Counted from the stretch's first letter, positions 25,778 to 35,434 are shown. The stretch is 38,779 nt of DNA from a virus (IMGVR_UViG_3300044513_003348:1-38779); one strand, 5' to 3'. The notes: generated by a model not told the origin, from the letters alone. Made by a program: numbers and translations.

Positions 25778-27835
25778 TTATGTTATACAGTCAATTACTT
25801 GTTTTACTTCCGTCTGTGGATCTTGTGGGAATGTTCTGAGAATTGGTCTTAGCAGAGCGCCTTCACCAGTATCAGATATCACGTCAATTGTTGGTATATC
25901 ACTAATCACTTGACTATTTATTGGTTTAGCAGCTATGATTCTTCCAGAATCTACAGTTAATTCATATTGTGTACCAAAACTATCAATCGCTGTATCTGTT
26001 GGTAGATATCCTTCACCAGGATCATTAATTACAACCTCAGAAACGCCGTATGGATCATCATTTCCTACTGGATAATTTTCTCCTGGAGACACCATATAGA
26101 TTGATAAAAGTTGTCCATAAGTTTCTGATCCTTCATCAGAATCTATAATCGCTCTTCCAATAGCACCATATCCTCTTCCACACTCATCAACAAATTCTAC
26201 AAATGGTGGGAACTCATATCCAGATCCTGGATTCTCAACCTGAACACCTATAATGCTAGCAGTCTTTTGAGTCGCAGAAATTACATTTCCAAGACCATCA
26301 ACATTATTTACAAAAGAACCTAACAGTGCTTTTCCTACTGCACCAGCACCGCCACCTCCAAAGATTCTAACAGATGGACCACCTTTATCAGAACATGGTC
26401 CAGTATAACATCCTCCAGTGGAAGATGGACTTGCATCAGAAAGTTTTGTGCCATCTCCAAATATATCCCACTGACCATATTGTCTTTCAAAGTCAGACGC
26501 TAAATTACCAACTGCCTTTGATACGTTCATACTTTCAAGAATTTTATCAAAGGTGTCTTTCTCACCATCAGATTTCTTTGCACCCTTTCCAACGACAACT
26601 TCTTTGATATCTGGACACTTCTTCTTACCCTGATTACAATCAAAAAGACCACCAATAGCCTTTAAAAGGTCAACACCACTTCTTAAAAAGTCTGCAATCT
26701 TAAATACTGGGGATAAAATCTTAGACACACCACTTACAACGGATGATAGTCCAGAAACAACACTATCAATAATACTGTTCAGAAATGCACCACAAAATTG
26801 TTGTCCAGCACAAGTAACAAAATTAGTTACGTTACTAACAACTTCTTTTAGAAGTCCTTTGATTGTAGATTTTAATCCCTCAACAACTTTAGAAGCAACA
26901 CATGCAATTGCTTGTTCAAGTAACTTTACTGGATTGACCATTGCTTTTTGAGCAGCAACTCCACCTAAGTGAGCAGCAATAGCATTTCCAGTAGATGCTA
27001 AGATCGAACCAAAAGTTGTTCTGTACAACAAGTCCAATCCTTTGGAAAGTAAACTCTCAAATTTTTCATATAATTTATTGAACATTTGCCCAACAAATCC
27101 ATTTGCAAGTCCAGAAATTACACTTACAGATCTGTTAAGTTCATTTTCAAGATTCAAAAATACGTTTGAAGCATTTTGAATCTTATTCAAAAGATTGTTT
27201 ATTTCCGCAGTTATTCCTTTTACTAATGTATCTTCGCAAGTATTTGCTAGAACAATAGTGGTACCAATAGCAGAAGATGCAGAAATTTCTTTAGACTTAC
27301 CTCCTCCACCATTCTCGGTGTTTAATCTATTTGCAGTTTTTCCGTCTACTGTTCTTGGTGATTTAGAATCATTTGCATTATCACCAACAGATTGGTTTGC
27401 ACTTAAAGTTCCATTTGGTTTTTTAATTCTATCGGTGTAGCCTGTAAATGGAGCAAAGGGTGCAGAATATGATTTCTCCGTGACATCACCAGTTCTACCA
27501 AAAGTTCCCATAATCATGGGAATCTGACCATCATCACCGTCTAGGAAAAATCCAACGACAATATCCCCAGGTCTGAGTTTACCATTGACACCAACATTAG
27601 CACCACCACTTCCTGTGGTAACAGGCATCAAAACTCCAGCCCATGGAAGATCTTCATTCTTTAATTCAGTCTCGTTATCTGGGTGATATCCCATGATACG
27701 AACTTTGTATCTGCTTCCCCATCCACTACCATTTGCCTGAGATTCCCATGCTTCTATTGGGGCAATTTGTCCTACCCACCAACGGAATCCGTCTCTTCCT
27801 ATAAAATTAGTCTTAAATAAAGATTCTTCTATCAT
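25778..27835 (-). CDS. gp5: Baseplate hub/central spike protein gp5 (N-terminal OB-fold)
   Basis: FIGRDGFRWWVGQI, RYKVRIMGYH, EDLPWA, VVGFFLDGDDGQIPMIMG are the gp5 OB-fold signature of T4-like phages. Confidence 0.85.
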   Translation of the reverse strand: MIEESLFKTNFIGRDGFRWWVGQIAPIEAWESQANGSGWGSRYKVRIMGYHPDNETELKNEDLPWAGVLMPVTTGSGGANVGVNGKLRPGDIVVGFFLDGDDGQIPMIMGTFGRTGDVTEKSYSAPFAPFTGYTDRIKKPNGTLSANQSVGDNANDSKSPRTVDGKTANRLNTENGGGGKSKEISASSAIGTTIVLANTCEDTLVKGITAEINNLLNKIQNASNVFLNLENELNRSVSVISGLANGFVGQMFNKLYEKFESLLSKGLDLLYRTTFGSILASTGNAIAAHLGGVAAQKAMVNPVKLLEQAIACVASKVVEGLKSTIKGLLKEVVSNVTNFVTCAGQQFCGAFLNSIIDSVVSGLSSVVSGVSKILSPVFKIADFLRSGVDLLKAIGGLFDCNQGKKKCPDIKEVVVGKGAKKSDGEKDTFDKILESMNVSKAVGNLASDFERQYGQWDIFGDGTKLSDASPSSTGGCYTGPCSDKGGPSVRIFGGGGAGAVGKALLGSFVNNVDGLGNVISATQKTASIIGVQVENPGSGYEFPPFVEFVDECGRGYGAIGRAIIDSDEGSETYGQLLSIYMVSPGENYPVGNDDPYGVSEVVINDPGEGYLPTDTAIDSFGTQYELTVDSGRIIAAKPINSQVISDIPTIDVISDTGEGALLRPILRTFPQDPQTEVKQVIDCIT
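25915..25921 (-). promoter_or_regulatory. Possible internal late promoter ATAAATA inside gp5
   Basis: Box lies about 140 nt upstream of the 25776 start. It is intragenic and could be chance. Confidence 0.4.
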
Positions 27836-27837
27836 TT

Positions 27838-29187
27838 CTATCTAGATGGTTTATGTCTACCAAAAGTATCTCTTATCAACTTCATAGATGTATATGATCT
27901 GTTCGGTTCAAAATGATGACACAGTTCCTTAATCATATATAGTCCACTTTGCTCAGCATCAAATTCTCCAGTATCTTCATTAGATATTTTTGGAAACTCA
28001 CAAGTAATAATATCACCAGCTCTGAGTTCAGTGTTGCATGGAACAATCATATTCAATGTTTGAGTGAACAAAACATTGTATCTCATAATAGCCTGTGCTT
28101 GATAATCTGTTGGGTCAGCATTTATATCTTTGGATACACCCTTATCCATTGTTCCAACATCCAGAACAGAGCATAAAATTCTAGTAGGAACTTCACCCAA
28201 ACTTTGATTGGAAGAACTAGAAATCTTTGGAAGTTCTAAAGACTTACCACCAAGATTTTTGATTCTATCCTTATAATTTGGAAGAGTAAACTTACCACCA
28301 TAAAAATTAAACGTCAAAGGATCGAAGTAAGACCTTGAACTAGCATATGTACCAAGACGCAACTTCTCAATCAAGTTTTGATTCTTCTCTGTATTATACT
28401 TAAGAATATCAAAATCGGTATTTTCTGTTGTATTTGATCTATTTACTTGAGTGTACCTATAAGTTGCTTTTGATTCTTGTGCGGTTAATTTATCTACTGA
28501 CTTAAACTGGAATCCATCTTGAGTTTGGTAGAACAAAAATCCAGCAGTAGCATTTTTTCCAATATCTGGAACTGCCTTAGATGCTAACCATACAAGAACA
28601 GTAAATGGTTTCCTCATGTTACCAATGAAACCATACTTATTAATTGACTTATCTGGATTCTTAATTGTATTTGTCTTTAGTACATCTTTAAGAATTAGAT
28701 TGACTGCCTGATCAATAGTCAGATCTGTTGGATACTTCTTAGCAACTCGAACAGTCTCATTGGTTATCGCTTCTCTTGAAACCAAGTTCAAAGTAAAACT
28801 TTCTCTCTGTGTTTCGGATATTACATCAGTGATACTAGAAACATACAAATACTTTTTAGCAGTAGAAGAAAAGTCTATTCCTTTCTTTGCCTCTCCCGAT
28901 TTGTTTGTACCTTGATCTTTGATTTTAAGTGCAAGTCTTTCACCACCTCTTAAAGGAAGACCATGATAAATTGACTGCTTTGGACCATCAGTATTACCAC
29001 TGGAATCTGGTGCAGAAATTGAATCTCCAGTGTTTACAACTCTAATCTTCGCAGTCACTGTTGGTGAGAAAATATCCTCATAGTAATCGATAGAAACCGT
29101 TCCCTGTTTTATATCAACAGTTCTCTTTTGGTCATTTGATTCTAGGATTAGTTCTTCGTAAATTGAAGATTCCGATGCTGCAGACAT
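27838..29187 (-). CDS. Baseplate hub protein (gp27-like)
   Basis: Position upstream of gp5. IDYYEDIFSPTVTA, FLFYQTQDGFQFKSVD, LRAGDII.CEFPK and SGLYMIKELCHHF motifs are typical of hub proteins. Confidence 0.6.
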   Translation of the reverse strand: MSAASESSIYEELILESNDQKRTVDIKQGTVSIDYYEDIFSPTVTAKIRVVNTGDSISAPDSSGNTDGPKQSIYHGLPLRGGERLALKIKDQGTNKSGEAKKGIDFSSTAKKYLYVSSITDVISETQRESFTLNLVSREAITNETVRVAKKYPTDLTIDQAVNLILKDVLKTNTIKNPDKSINKYGFIGNMRKPFTVLVWLASKAVPDIGKNATAGFLFYQTQDGFQFKSVDKLTAQESKATYRYTQVNRSNTTENTDFDILKYNTEKNQNLIEKLRLGTYASSRSYFDPLTFNFYGGKFTLPNYKDRIKNLGGKSLELPKISSSSNQSLGEVPTRILCSVLDVGTMDKGVSKDINADPTDYQAQAIMRYNVLFTQTLNMIVPCNTELRAGDIITCEFPKISNEDTGEFDAEQSGLYMIKELCHHFEPNRSYTSMKLIRDTFGRHKPSR

Positions 29188-30873
29188 TTAGGTATATGCT
29201 AGTTCTGATAGAAGTTGATTCTTCATAAATCTATTTAACGAATCATTGGCGATAATAATCACACCACCACCAGAACCACCCGAAGCCACTGGTGCTGGTG
29301 CTGGTTCTTCTTCAATAATCACAATCTTTTGTCTTTGCCCAGCACCTTTTAATGAGGGAACTCCTGCAAGTTTTTTATCTATACTTCCACCACCCTTGAA
29401 GGAAACATGTAAGTGATCAAAATGTCCACTGGTTTTCCAAAGTATCTCTGCAACACCTAATGCAGATTTATTCTGTCTGAAATATGCTGCGAGTTTATTG
29501 AGTTGTGCCTCACTATTATGAGACAATGGATAATCTAGTGCTTCTCCATAATTGTGGTATGAGTTAAAACTTCTTCTCATCACACGTTCTCTACCAGATC
29601 CAGTATATCCAGAGTGAACATTGAAATCTGGATGTTGCCATGCGCGATATCCTTGTCCTTCTAATGCACGTCCAACGGCAACTGCTCTTTGATATGCTGG
29701 AGTTTGGTTTGCACCTCTAGCCTGTCTACCATCACCGGCGCCACCAGCTTGTTCCAGATAACCCTGATATCTGGACATTGCTGCTGCTTCTGTTATTTTA
29801 CCCTTAGAAACACTTAAACCTTCCCATCCTGCTGTGGATCCAGCTTTTGCTAGACTAGCAGAAGTCATTGCCTGATTTGGATTAACTCCAAGATTTACTA
29901 AGTGAGCTAGTGCAAGTTTTTGTTGATTTGCCGCTGTAAATAAAGTAGTCTTTGGATCCATTCCTGTTTGCTTAGCTCGAGCTAGCATTGTATCTGGATG
30001 GAACTGATATCCTCCGGCAGCATGAGAACTTGCACCATAAGTAACTTCTCTTCCCCCCAATCTTGCTGGTAGATTTCCCTTCCCAACTTCTCTACCATAT
30101 GCCATATCATAGACTTCCTGAATGGTCATCTGAGTTAATTCAGGAACGACTTGTCCGCCCACTAAAGTATTATATCTGTCTGGATTATTTGCCTCTACAG
30201 AATTAATCGTAGCTAACCATGCCTTTGCTTCTGGTGTATCTCCAGCAAGTTGAGACGGATCTAATAATTGACCCTGAACTTGTTCCACGTCTCCACCAAT
30301 AGCGGTCTGCACATTTTTAATATCATTTTGCATTCCTTTGAAAGCATTTTCCATATCGGACATTGCTTTCTTTACTTTTCCTTGACTATCAGTAAAGTCA
30401 AATCTTCGTATATTATCAAGAGTACCTTTAAATAAATCTCCCAATCCTCTAAACCAATTTCCAAAATTTTTAATGAGACTTTTTAAACTACTAACAAGAA
30501 GTCTTATCCTCTTAATTAAATCTTTTACCCAATCTATAATTTGTGGTAGTTTATCTACCATCCACCCCAGTAACAATATCCCAATAAAATCAAGTGTTTT
30601 TTGAAAAATTCCACCGGGATCAGAAACACTAAGAAGTTTACTTAATCCAGATTTTCCTTTAGTTTTTACCGATTCTAAAAGACTTTCTTTTTCAATTTTT
30701 TTTCTTTTTTCTACTCTTCTTTTTTCTACAATTTTATTTCTAGCAATAACTTCTCTTCTAACCTTAGTTTTTTTAAGAACTGCCTTTTTTGCAGCATTTC
30801 CTTCTCCAGTTTTTGGAGAAAACATTGTTCCTATTTTTCCAATTGCATATCCAGCTGTTTGTATTAACGCCAT
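29188..30873 (-). CDS. Virion-associated peptidoglycan hydrolase (lysozyme-like plus Zn-peptidase-like domains) on a helical tail protein
   Basis: Helical basic N-terminus. AWLATINSVE...YNTLVGG...MTIQEV...SHAAGGYQF is lysozyme-like. HNYGEALD...HFDHLHVSF gives H-x6-D plus HxH (LAS/M15-like). Confidence 0.7.
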   Translation of the reverse strand: MALIQTAGYAIGKIGTMFSPKTGEGNAAKKAVLKKTKVRREVIARNKIVEKRRVEKRKKIEKESLLESVKTKGKSGLSKLLSVSDPGGIFQKTLDFIGILLLGWMVDKLPQIIDWVKDLIKRIRLLVSSLKSLIKNFGNWFRGLGDLFKGTLDNIRRFDFTDSQGKVKKAMSDMENAFKGMQNDIKNVQTAIGGDVEQVQGQLLDPSQLAGDTPEAKAWLATINSVEANNPDRYNTLVGGQVVPELTQMTIQEVYDMAYGREVGKGNLPARLGGREVTYGASSHAAGGYQFHPDTMLARAKQTGMDPKTTLFTAANQQKLALAHLVNLGVNPNQAMTSASLAKAGSTAGWEGLSVSKGKITEAAAMSRYQGYLEQAGGAGDGRQARGANQTPAYQRAVAVGRALEGQGYRAWQHPDFNVHSGYTGSGRERVMRRSFNSYHNYGEALDYPLSHNSEAQLNKLAAYFRQNKSALGVAEILWKTSGHFDHLHVSFKGGGSIDKKLAGVPSLKGAGQRQKIVIIEEEPAPAPVASGGSGGGVIIIANDSLNRFMKNQLLSELAYT

Positions 30874-30874
30874 T

Positions 30875-32821
30875 TTAGGTTACCACATTATAGTTCATTT
30901 GAGAATATAATGTATAGAAGTTATCAGGATTAGATGATGGAATACTTGGAACATCAGTTGCAGATCCAGATTTGAGTGGTGATCCTTGACCTTGTGCTGA
31001 GGAAGGGACCCTCTTATAAATGATTTGTGGTTGTGCAGCAGCTGCTGGTCCAGGAATAAATGATGGACTTGATGGTGGTGTGATTTGTGGAGTTGGAGAT
31101 GGTGGTGGAGCTGCTGGCGATGCTGCTGGTGTTGGTTTTGATGCTAACTGTGCATTATATTCTCTTTGTGCTTTTTTAAATGCTCCCTCACCGTCTCTTC
31201 CAGGAGCAAAATCTTCTCTTTTTGGTGCAGTTAATTGAACATCACCAGATGGTTTTGGTTGCTCCGCATTTTTTCCAGTAACCATTTTATATACTTCTCC
31301 CAAATTTGGAAGTTTTCCACCAAGATTATCAAGAAATCCTTTTGCTTTATCCAGACCCATCCCAGCAAAGATAGAATTTTCCTTTTCTTTAATTCCCGGA
31401 ACATAATCTCTAGCAAACAAGAAAGCATCAAGACCTAAAGATAATGGCCAAGCTCCTGCAAAATCCATAATACCAGAAATGGTTTCTAATGCGGCACCAA
31501 AAGAATCTCCATTTGCAAGTCTATCATATGCAAAAAGAAGATTTGCTATTCCTCCAATAAAGGGAAGTGCTTTTGCTCCAAGTTTTCCAGCAGCACTAGA
31601 ACCAAGTTTTGAAAGTCCACCTGCTGCATTTATACCCTGTTTCTTTAAGAAACCGACAATCTGAGGAAATACTGGAAGTTTCTTTACAGCATTAAGTACC
31701 TTATTAGCAATACCCTTTGCAGCTCCTGAAATAGGTTTAATAACAGGATCTACCATTTTTCTCAATTGTTCCATTATTTTATCTTTTGCCATTCCAGCAA
31801 ATGAAGATAATCCTTGTCCTATTCTTTGAAAAAATCCAGGTTTTTTTGCTGGTGCTAATAATTTAGTAGCTTCTTCTGATGTAACAGAAACATATTTTCC
31901 ATTTATGATAGCACCCTTTGAACTTAATCCTTTATCAAGAACTTCTTGAGCTAATTTTTTTCTAGCAGCATCTGCAGCATCACCTATTCCTGCGGGTGTT
32001 TTTTTCCCTCTAGGTCCAGTGGGAGAACCCGGTCCACCACCAGAACCAGTAGGAGCAGGAGGTTTTGGTGTTACAACAGGTGGTGTCTTAGGAGATACTA
32101 ATCCCTTTAGACCCTTTAGTCCTTTCCACAATAACTTAAATGGAGCAGAAATAAGAGCGCCAGTTATTGCTCCAGCTATTCCAATAATAGTAAATAATGA
32201 TCCATTTATTATTGATAATGTAGCAACAACGGCACCTAGAGCTTTACCAACTTCTACTCCAATACTCTCTAATTCTCCCTCATCACCTAAAATATGAGCT
32301 CTTATTGCATTTAATCCCTTATCAGTTAACCATCCGGCAAATAAAATACCAAAAAAGTCTAATATTGTATCTAAAAATCCTTTAGTCTTACTTCCTAATG
32401 CTTTTACTGGTGCTAGAAGAGGTTTAAGTAATTTACCTAGACCATTCTCTAATTTTTTTTCTTTTCCAGCCCGTGCTTTCTTTTCATCCTCTTTTACTAA
32501 AGTTCTTTCAAATTCTTTTTGAGTTTGCTTTTCTACTTCTGCTTCTTTCTCAATGGATTTGGTCAGAAAAGAAACTTGATTTTCTAATATATTAATTCTC
32601 TTAACTAAAGCACCAGAAGGTTCTGCTAGTGGTTGAACCCCAGGAGCTATTTTTGAAGGTGCAACTTTAATAAGCGCACCTGGTTTACCAAAAACTCTTT
32701 CAGAACTTATATTTCTTTTTCTAAAAATTGCCTTTCTTTGCGCAGGCGACAAATATTCCCCAGTAGTAGGATCAACACCACTTAGAATTACAGATTGGAG
32801 AATGTTTCTTTTAGATGCCAC
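30875..32821 (-). CDS. Tape-measure-like tail/baseplate hub protein (gp29 analogue)
   Basis: 648 aa, GTG start. Coiled coil, Gly/Ala/Leu-rich amphipathic and hydrophobic helices, Pro-rich linker. Sits downstream of gp26/gp51. Confidence 0.55.
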   Translation of the reverse strand: MASKRNILQSVILSGVDPTTGEYLSPAQRKAIFRKRNISSERVFGKPGALIKVAPSKIAPGVQPLAEPSGALVKRINILENQVSFLTKSIEKEAEVEKQTQKEFERTLVKEDEKKARAGKEKKLENGLGKLLKPLLAPVKALGSKTKGFLDTILDFFGILFAGWLTDKGLNAIRAHILGDEGELESIGVEVGKALGAVVATLSIINGSLFTIIGIAGAITGALISAPFKLLWKGLKGLKGLVSPKTPPVVTPKPPAPTGSGGGPGSPTGPRGKKTPAGIGDAADAARKKLAQEVLDKGLSSKGAIINGKYVSVTSEEATKLLAPAKKPGFFQRIGQGLSSFAGMAKDKIMEQLRKMVDPVIKPISGAAKGIANKVLNAVKKLPVFPQIVGFLKKQGINAAGGLSKLGSSAAGKLGAKALPFIGGIANLLFAYDRLANGDSFGAALETISGIMDFAGAWPLSLGLDAFLFARDYVPGIKEKENSIFAGMGLDKAKGFLDNLGGKLPNLGEVYKMVTGKNAEQPKPSGDVQLTAPKREDFAPGRDGEGAFKKAQREYNAQLASKPTPAASPAAPPPSPTPQITPPSSPSFIPGPAAAAQPQIIYKRVPSSAQGQGSPLKSGSATDVPSIPSSNPDNFYTLYSQMNYNVVT

Positions 32822-32990
32822 TACTTTGCTGTTGTTTTAGATTTTCTTCTTCAATATACTGTTGCAAGAGTGTAAGATATATTTCCTTTTCCCAAGGAAT
32901 CATATTTTCAAGTTCTGTCAAACTATATTTATGATGCTGCATCAAGGCAAAATTAATTTGGTAGTATGACGCCAAATCAGTATGCGCCAT
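32811..32990 (-). CDS. gp51: Baseplate hub assembly protein gp51-like (59 aa)
   Basis: Not in the ORF track: MAHTDLASYYQINFALMQHHKYSLTELENMIPWEKEIYLTLLQQYIEEENLKQQQSSGI. The NFALMQHHKYSL.ELENM.PWE motif is the cyanophage gp51 signature. Confidence 0.8.
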   Translation of the reverse strand: MAHTDLASYYQINFALMQHHKYSLTELENMIPWEKEIYLTLLQQYIEEENLKQQQSSGI

Positions 32991-32992
32991 AC

Positions 32993-33712
32993 CTATGCGA
33001 AAAAACTCGAAAGACCCTCAAGAACTACTTCACTTTCAACTTCAGTTTTTGGATTTTTAACTTTAATAGTATGAGAAAGTTTAGGCATGGTATCAAAGAA
33101 CTTTTCAATTTCTTTGAATTGCTTAGAACTCAGTTGCTCAATAAATTCTGAAAGTTCTTTTTTCGTGCAGTCAGATGCAGACCAAGACTCTTCCTCATTA
33201 TAAATCTGTTCTACACAAGATGAAATTAGTTCGAATGATTCGTCAACACCAGCACCATCTTCAAGACTAAAATTTGTCTTAATAAACTGAGACAGTGAAG
33301 GATACTTCATTCTCATTCTTAAGCTCTCATCTAGAACAATATCTTTATTGTGCTCTGGATTTGTTTCTACCTCAATTTCATCAAGGTTAATAACTACAGG
33401 TACTTGTGTCTCACCATCATCGGGACAAGTAATCAATACCTCAACAGATTCACCAACAGACTTACCACGAATATTCAAGAACAGATACTCAATATCAAAA
33501 GTTGATAGATCATCAACCTTAATTCCCCTACTCAGAATACAATTACTAATTACAGTTTTGATTGCATTCGTAATCTGCTTTTGATCCTCAGATTCCATCG
33601 CAATGATAAGAATCTTTTCTTCCTTAACAAGAAATGGTCTGTATCTTATCTTCTTTTTAATAGATGGAATTTCCAACTCATAAATTGGAGTATTAATCTT
33701 TGGTAAAGGCAT
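32993..33712 (-). CDS. gp26: Baseplate hub subunit/assembly protein gp26
   Basis: MPLPKINTPIYELEIPS...YRPFLVKEEKIL...FDIEYLFLNIRGKSVGE...FFDTMPKL...LEGLSSFF. Confidence 0.88.
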   Translation of the reverse strand: MPLPKINTPIYELEIPSIKKKIRYRPFLVKEEKILIIAMESEDQKQITNAIKTVISNCILSRGIKVDDLSTFDIEYLFLNIRGKSVGESVEVLITCPDDGETQVPVVINLDEIEVETNPEHNKDIVLDESLRMRMKYPSLSQFIKTNFSLEDGAGVDESFELISSCVEQIYNEEESWSASDCTKKELSEFIEQLSSKQFKEIEKFFDTMPKLSHTIKVKNPKTEVESEVVLEGLSSFFA

Positions 33713-33741
33713 GATGAACCTATAATAAAATCAGTTGTGAT

Positions 33742-33748
33742 TATTTAT
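33742..33748 (-). promoter_or_regulatory. T4-type late promoter box ATAAATA
   Basis: Intergenic plus-strand tatttat about 30 nt upstream of gp26. Confidence 0.65.
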
Positions 33749-33753
33749 TGTGT

Positions 33754-34563
33754 TTATTGAAGAGGTCCTATGAATTCTGTTGCCGACTTTATTTTACCAT
33801 CACGTCCAGCACGATACAATTCATCCAGTGTTTGTTGAGAATTTAATCCTCTTGCTTTTGGTGGTCCTAAGAATCTATCATTTGGTTCTTGTGATCCTTG
33901 AGAACTTTCTCCTTTATTGTTATTGGTTTTCTGAGCAATACTCTTACTTGATGTTCTACCAGGAATATATCTCTCGAAATTGAATGATGCACTAACCTTC
34001 AGTGCTTGAGATCCTTCATATGATACTGGAGTAGAAGACAGATTGATTGGGAACATCCCGATAAAGGTATACTCAATCTCGTTTTTGTAATCTCTATCAA
34101 ACTTAACTATTTTCGTTTGATTGCACTTATATCCACCATTCTGACGATTCTTATCTTCATAAGGATATCTCATTCTGTAATAATATCCATCTTCAGTTTC
34201 TGATACGCCAGATCCACTAGTAGCATACTCCATCCAGTGTTCTAAAAACTTTATCATCTTATACTCATTATCAACATAAAACTCAAGATCAAGTTGAGTA
34301 AAAATTCTAGTATGAACAAACTTTTCTGCTACTCCCATGAAGTTCCCTGCAACGTCTGCTGTTGCGAGACTGCTTCCTGGGATAGAAGCAGATGAACAAA
34401 GTAATCCAGCACTTTCTCCAATAAATCTAGTATCAACACCTCTTTGACCAAGATAAGAAGTCAGTTCACGAGACAATCCACCAAAGTAAACTTGATAGTG
34501 TGAAGATTGTGCTAAATTGGTGAATAGCGGTTTGAATTCTGATATTTTCTTAGGACTAGGCAC
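33754..34563 (-). CDS. Tail-tube-fold protein (gp54/gp19-like tube initiator)
   Basis: GTG start. LLCSSASIPGSSLAT, LEFYVD..Y.MIKFLEHW, YTFIGMFPINLSSTPVSY and VSASFNF are tail-tube-fold motifs. Confidence 0.65.
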   Translation of the reverse strand: MPSPKKISEFKPLFTNLAQSSHYQVYFGGLSRELTSYLGQRGVDTRFIGESAGLLCSSASIPGSSLATADVAGNFMGVAEKFVHTRIFTQLDLEFYVDNEYKMIKFLEHWMEYATSGSGVSETEDGYYYRMRYPYEDKNRQNGGYKCNQTKIVKFDRDYKNEIEYTFIGMFPINLSSTPVSYEGSQALKVSASFNFERYIPGRTSSKSIAQKTNNNKGESSQGSQEPNDRFLGPPKARGLNSQQTLDELYRAGRDGKIKSATEFIGPLQ

Positions 34564-34564
34564 T

Positions 34565-34571
34565 CTAAATA
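34565..34571 (+). promoter_or_regulatory. Late promoter box CTAAATA for gp4-gp2
   Basis: ctaaata 34 nt upstream of the 34605 ATG. Confidence 0.6.
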
Positions 34572-34597
34572 CCTTATACGAGTCTTACATTATTAGT

Positions 34598-34604
34598 TAT
34601 TTAG
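34598..34604 (-). promoter_or_regulatory. Late promoter box CTAAATA for the tail-tube-fold gene
   Basis: Plus-strand tatttag 35 nt upstream of the 34563 GTG. Confidence 0.6.
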
Positions 34605-35042
34605 ATGTCATATAAGGGAAAATATAGCCCATCTCACCCAAGGAAGTATAAGGGAGATCCAACTAACATCATTTATAGATCTCTTTGGGAAAGAAAATTC
34701 ATGGTCTATTGTGATTTGAATGAAAACATTCTTGAGTGGGGAAGTGAGGAAATTGCCCTTCCTTATCGTTCACCTATCGACAATAAAATTCATAGATACT
34801 TTCCTGACTTTTATATTAAGGCAAGAGAAAAAAACGGGCAGATTAAAAAATATATTATTGAGATCAAACCAAAGAAGCAAACAGTTGAACCAAAAGTTCA
34901 AAAGAAGAAAACGAAAGGATATATCTACGAAGTCTACGAGTATGCTAGAAACCAAGCAAAGTGGAAAGCAGCACAAGAATTTTGTAAGGATAGAATGTGG
35001 GAGTTTAAAGTTCTAACAGAAGACGAATTAGGTATTAAGTAA
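34605..35042 (+). CDS. gp4: Head completion nuclease gp4
   Basis: KYKGDPTNIIYRSLWERKFM, WGSEE, HRYFPDF, IEIKP, NQAKWKAA, FKVLTE. Confidence 0.92.
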   Translation: MSYKGKYSPSHPRKYKGDPTNIIYRSLWERKFMVYCDLNENILEWGSEEIALPYRSPIDNKIHRYFPDFYIKAREKNGQIKKYIIEIKPKKQTVEPKVQKKKTKGYIYEVYEYARNQAKWKAAQEFCKDRMWEFKVLTEDELGIK

Positions 35043-35434
35043 TGCCAAGAAAAACTCTTAAAGAAAGAAACCAACCAAATGATGCTAAGAATAATAGAAT
35101 AAGACCAATACTAGATGATTTGATTGGAATTGAGGATCCAGATGATTTAATGCTTGAGATAATTGATAATCTCCAAGAAAGCGGCAAAGTTCCCAACGTA
35201 GGAAAAGCTTATGTTTTTATCTACAATGCTAAAACACCAAACTTAGAATATGATCAAAATCCACTAGTAGTAGTCACTGATGTTTTTACCTGGGGATTTC
35301 GGGGAGTAAACTATCACTGGAAAGAAAGAAGAAATTATACCTGGGACGAAGTTGCTGGACAATTATATGAAGTGAATAGGGAAGAGTTTAAAGACTTACA
35401 AGCATTACCCTTTAAATCAAAAAGAATGCGCTAA
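35042..35434 (+). CDS. gp2: DNA end protector gp2-like
   Basis: GKAYVFIYNAKTP.L.YDQNPLV...GFRGVNYHW, adjacent to gp4. Confidence 0.7.
   Translation: MPRKTLKERNQPNDAKNNRIRPILDDLIGIEDPDDLMLEIIDNLQESGKVPNVGKAYVFIYNAKTPNLEYDQNPLVVVTDVFTWGFRGVNYHWKERRNYTWDEVAGQLYEVNREEFKDLQALPFKSKRMR

Noticed and set aside
32926-32932. ATAAATA inside gp51 (and TTAAATA at 29232-29238) as definite late promoters
   Set aside because: Intragenic 7-mers in AT-rich DNA arise by chance. They are plausible but unsupported without TSS data.
34605-35042. TnsA-like transposase or homing endonuclease
   Set aside because: The PD-(D/E)xK motif belongs to the core head-completion protein gp4 in its usual gp4-gp2-gp48-gp53 context. 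No mobile-element ends are visible.
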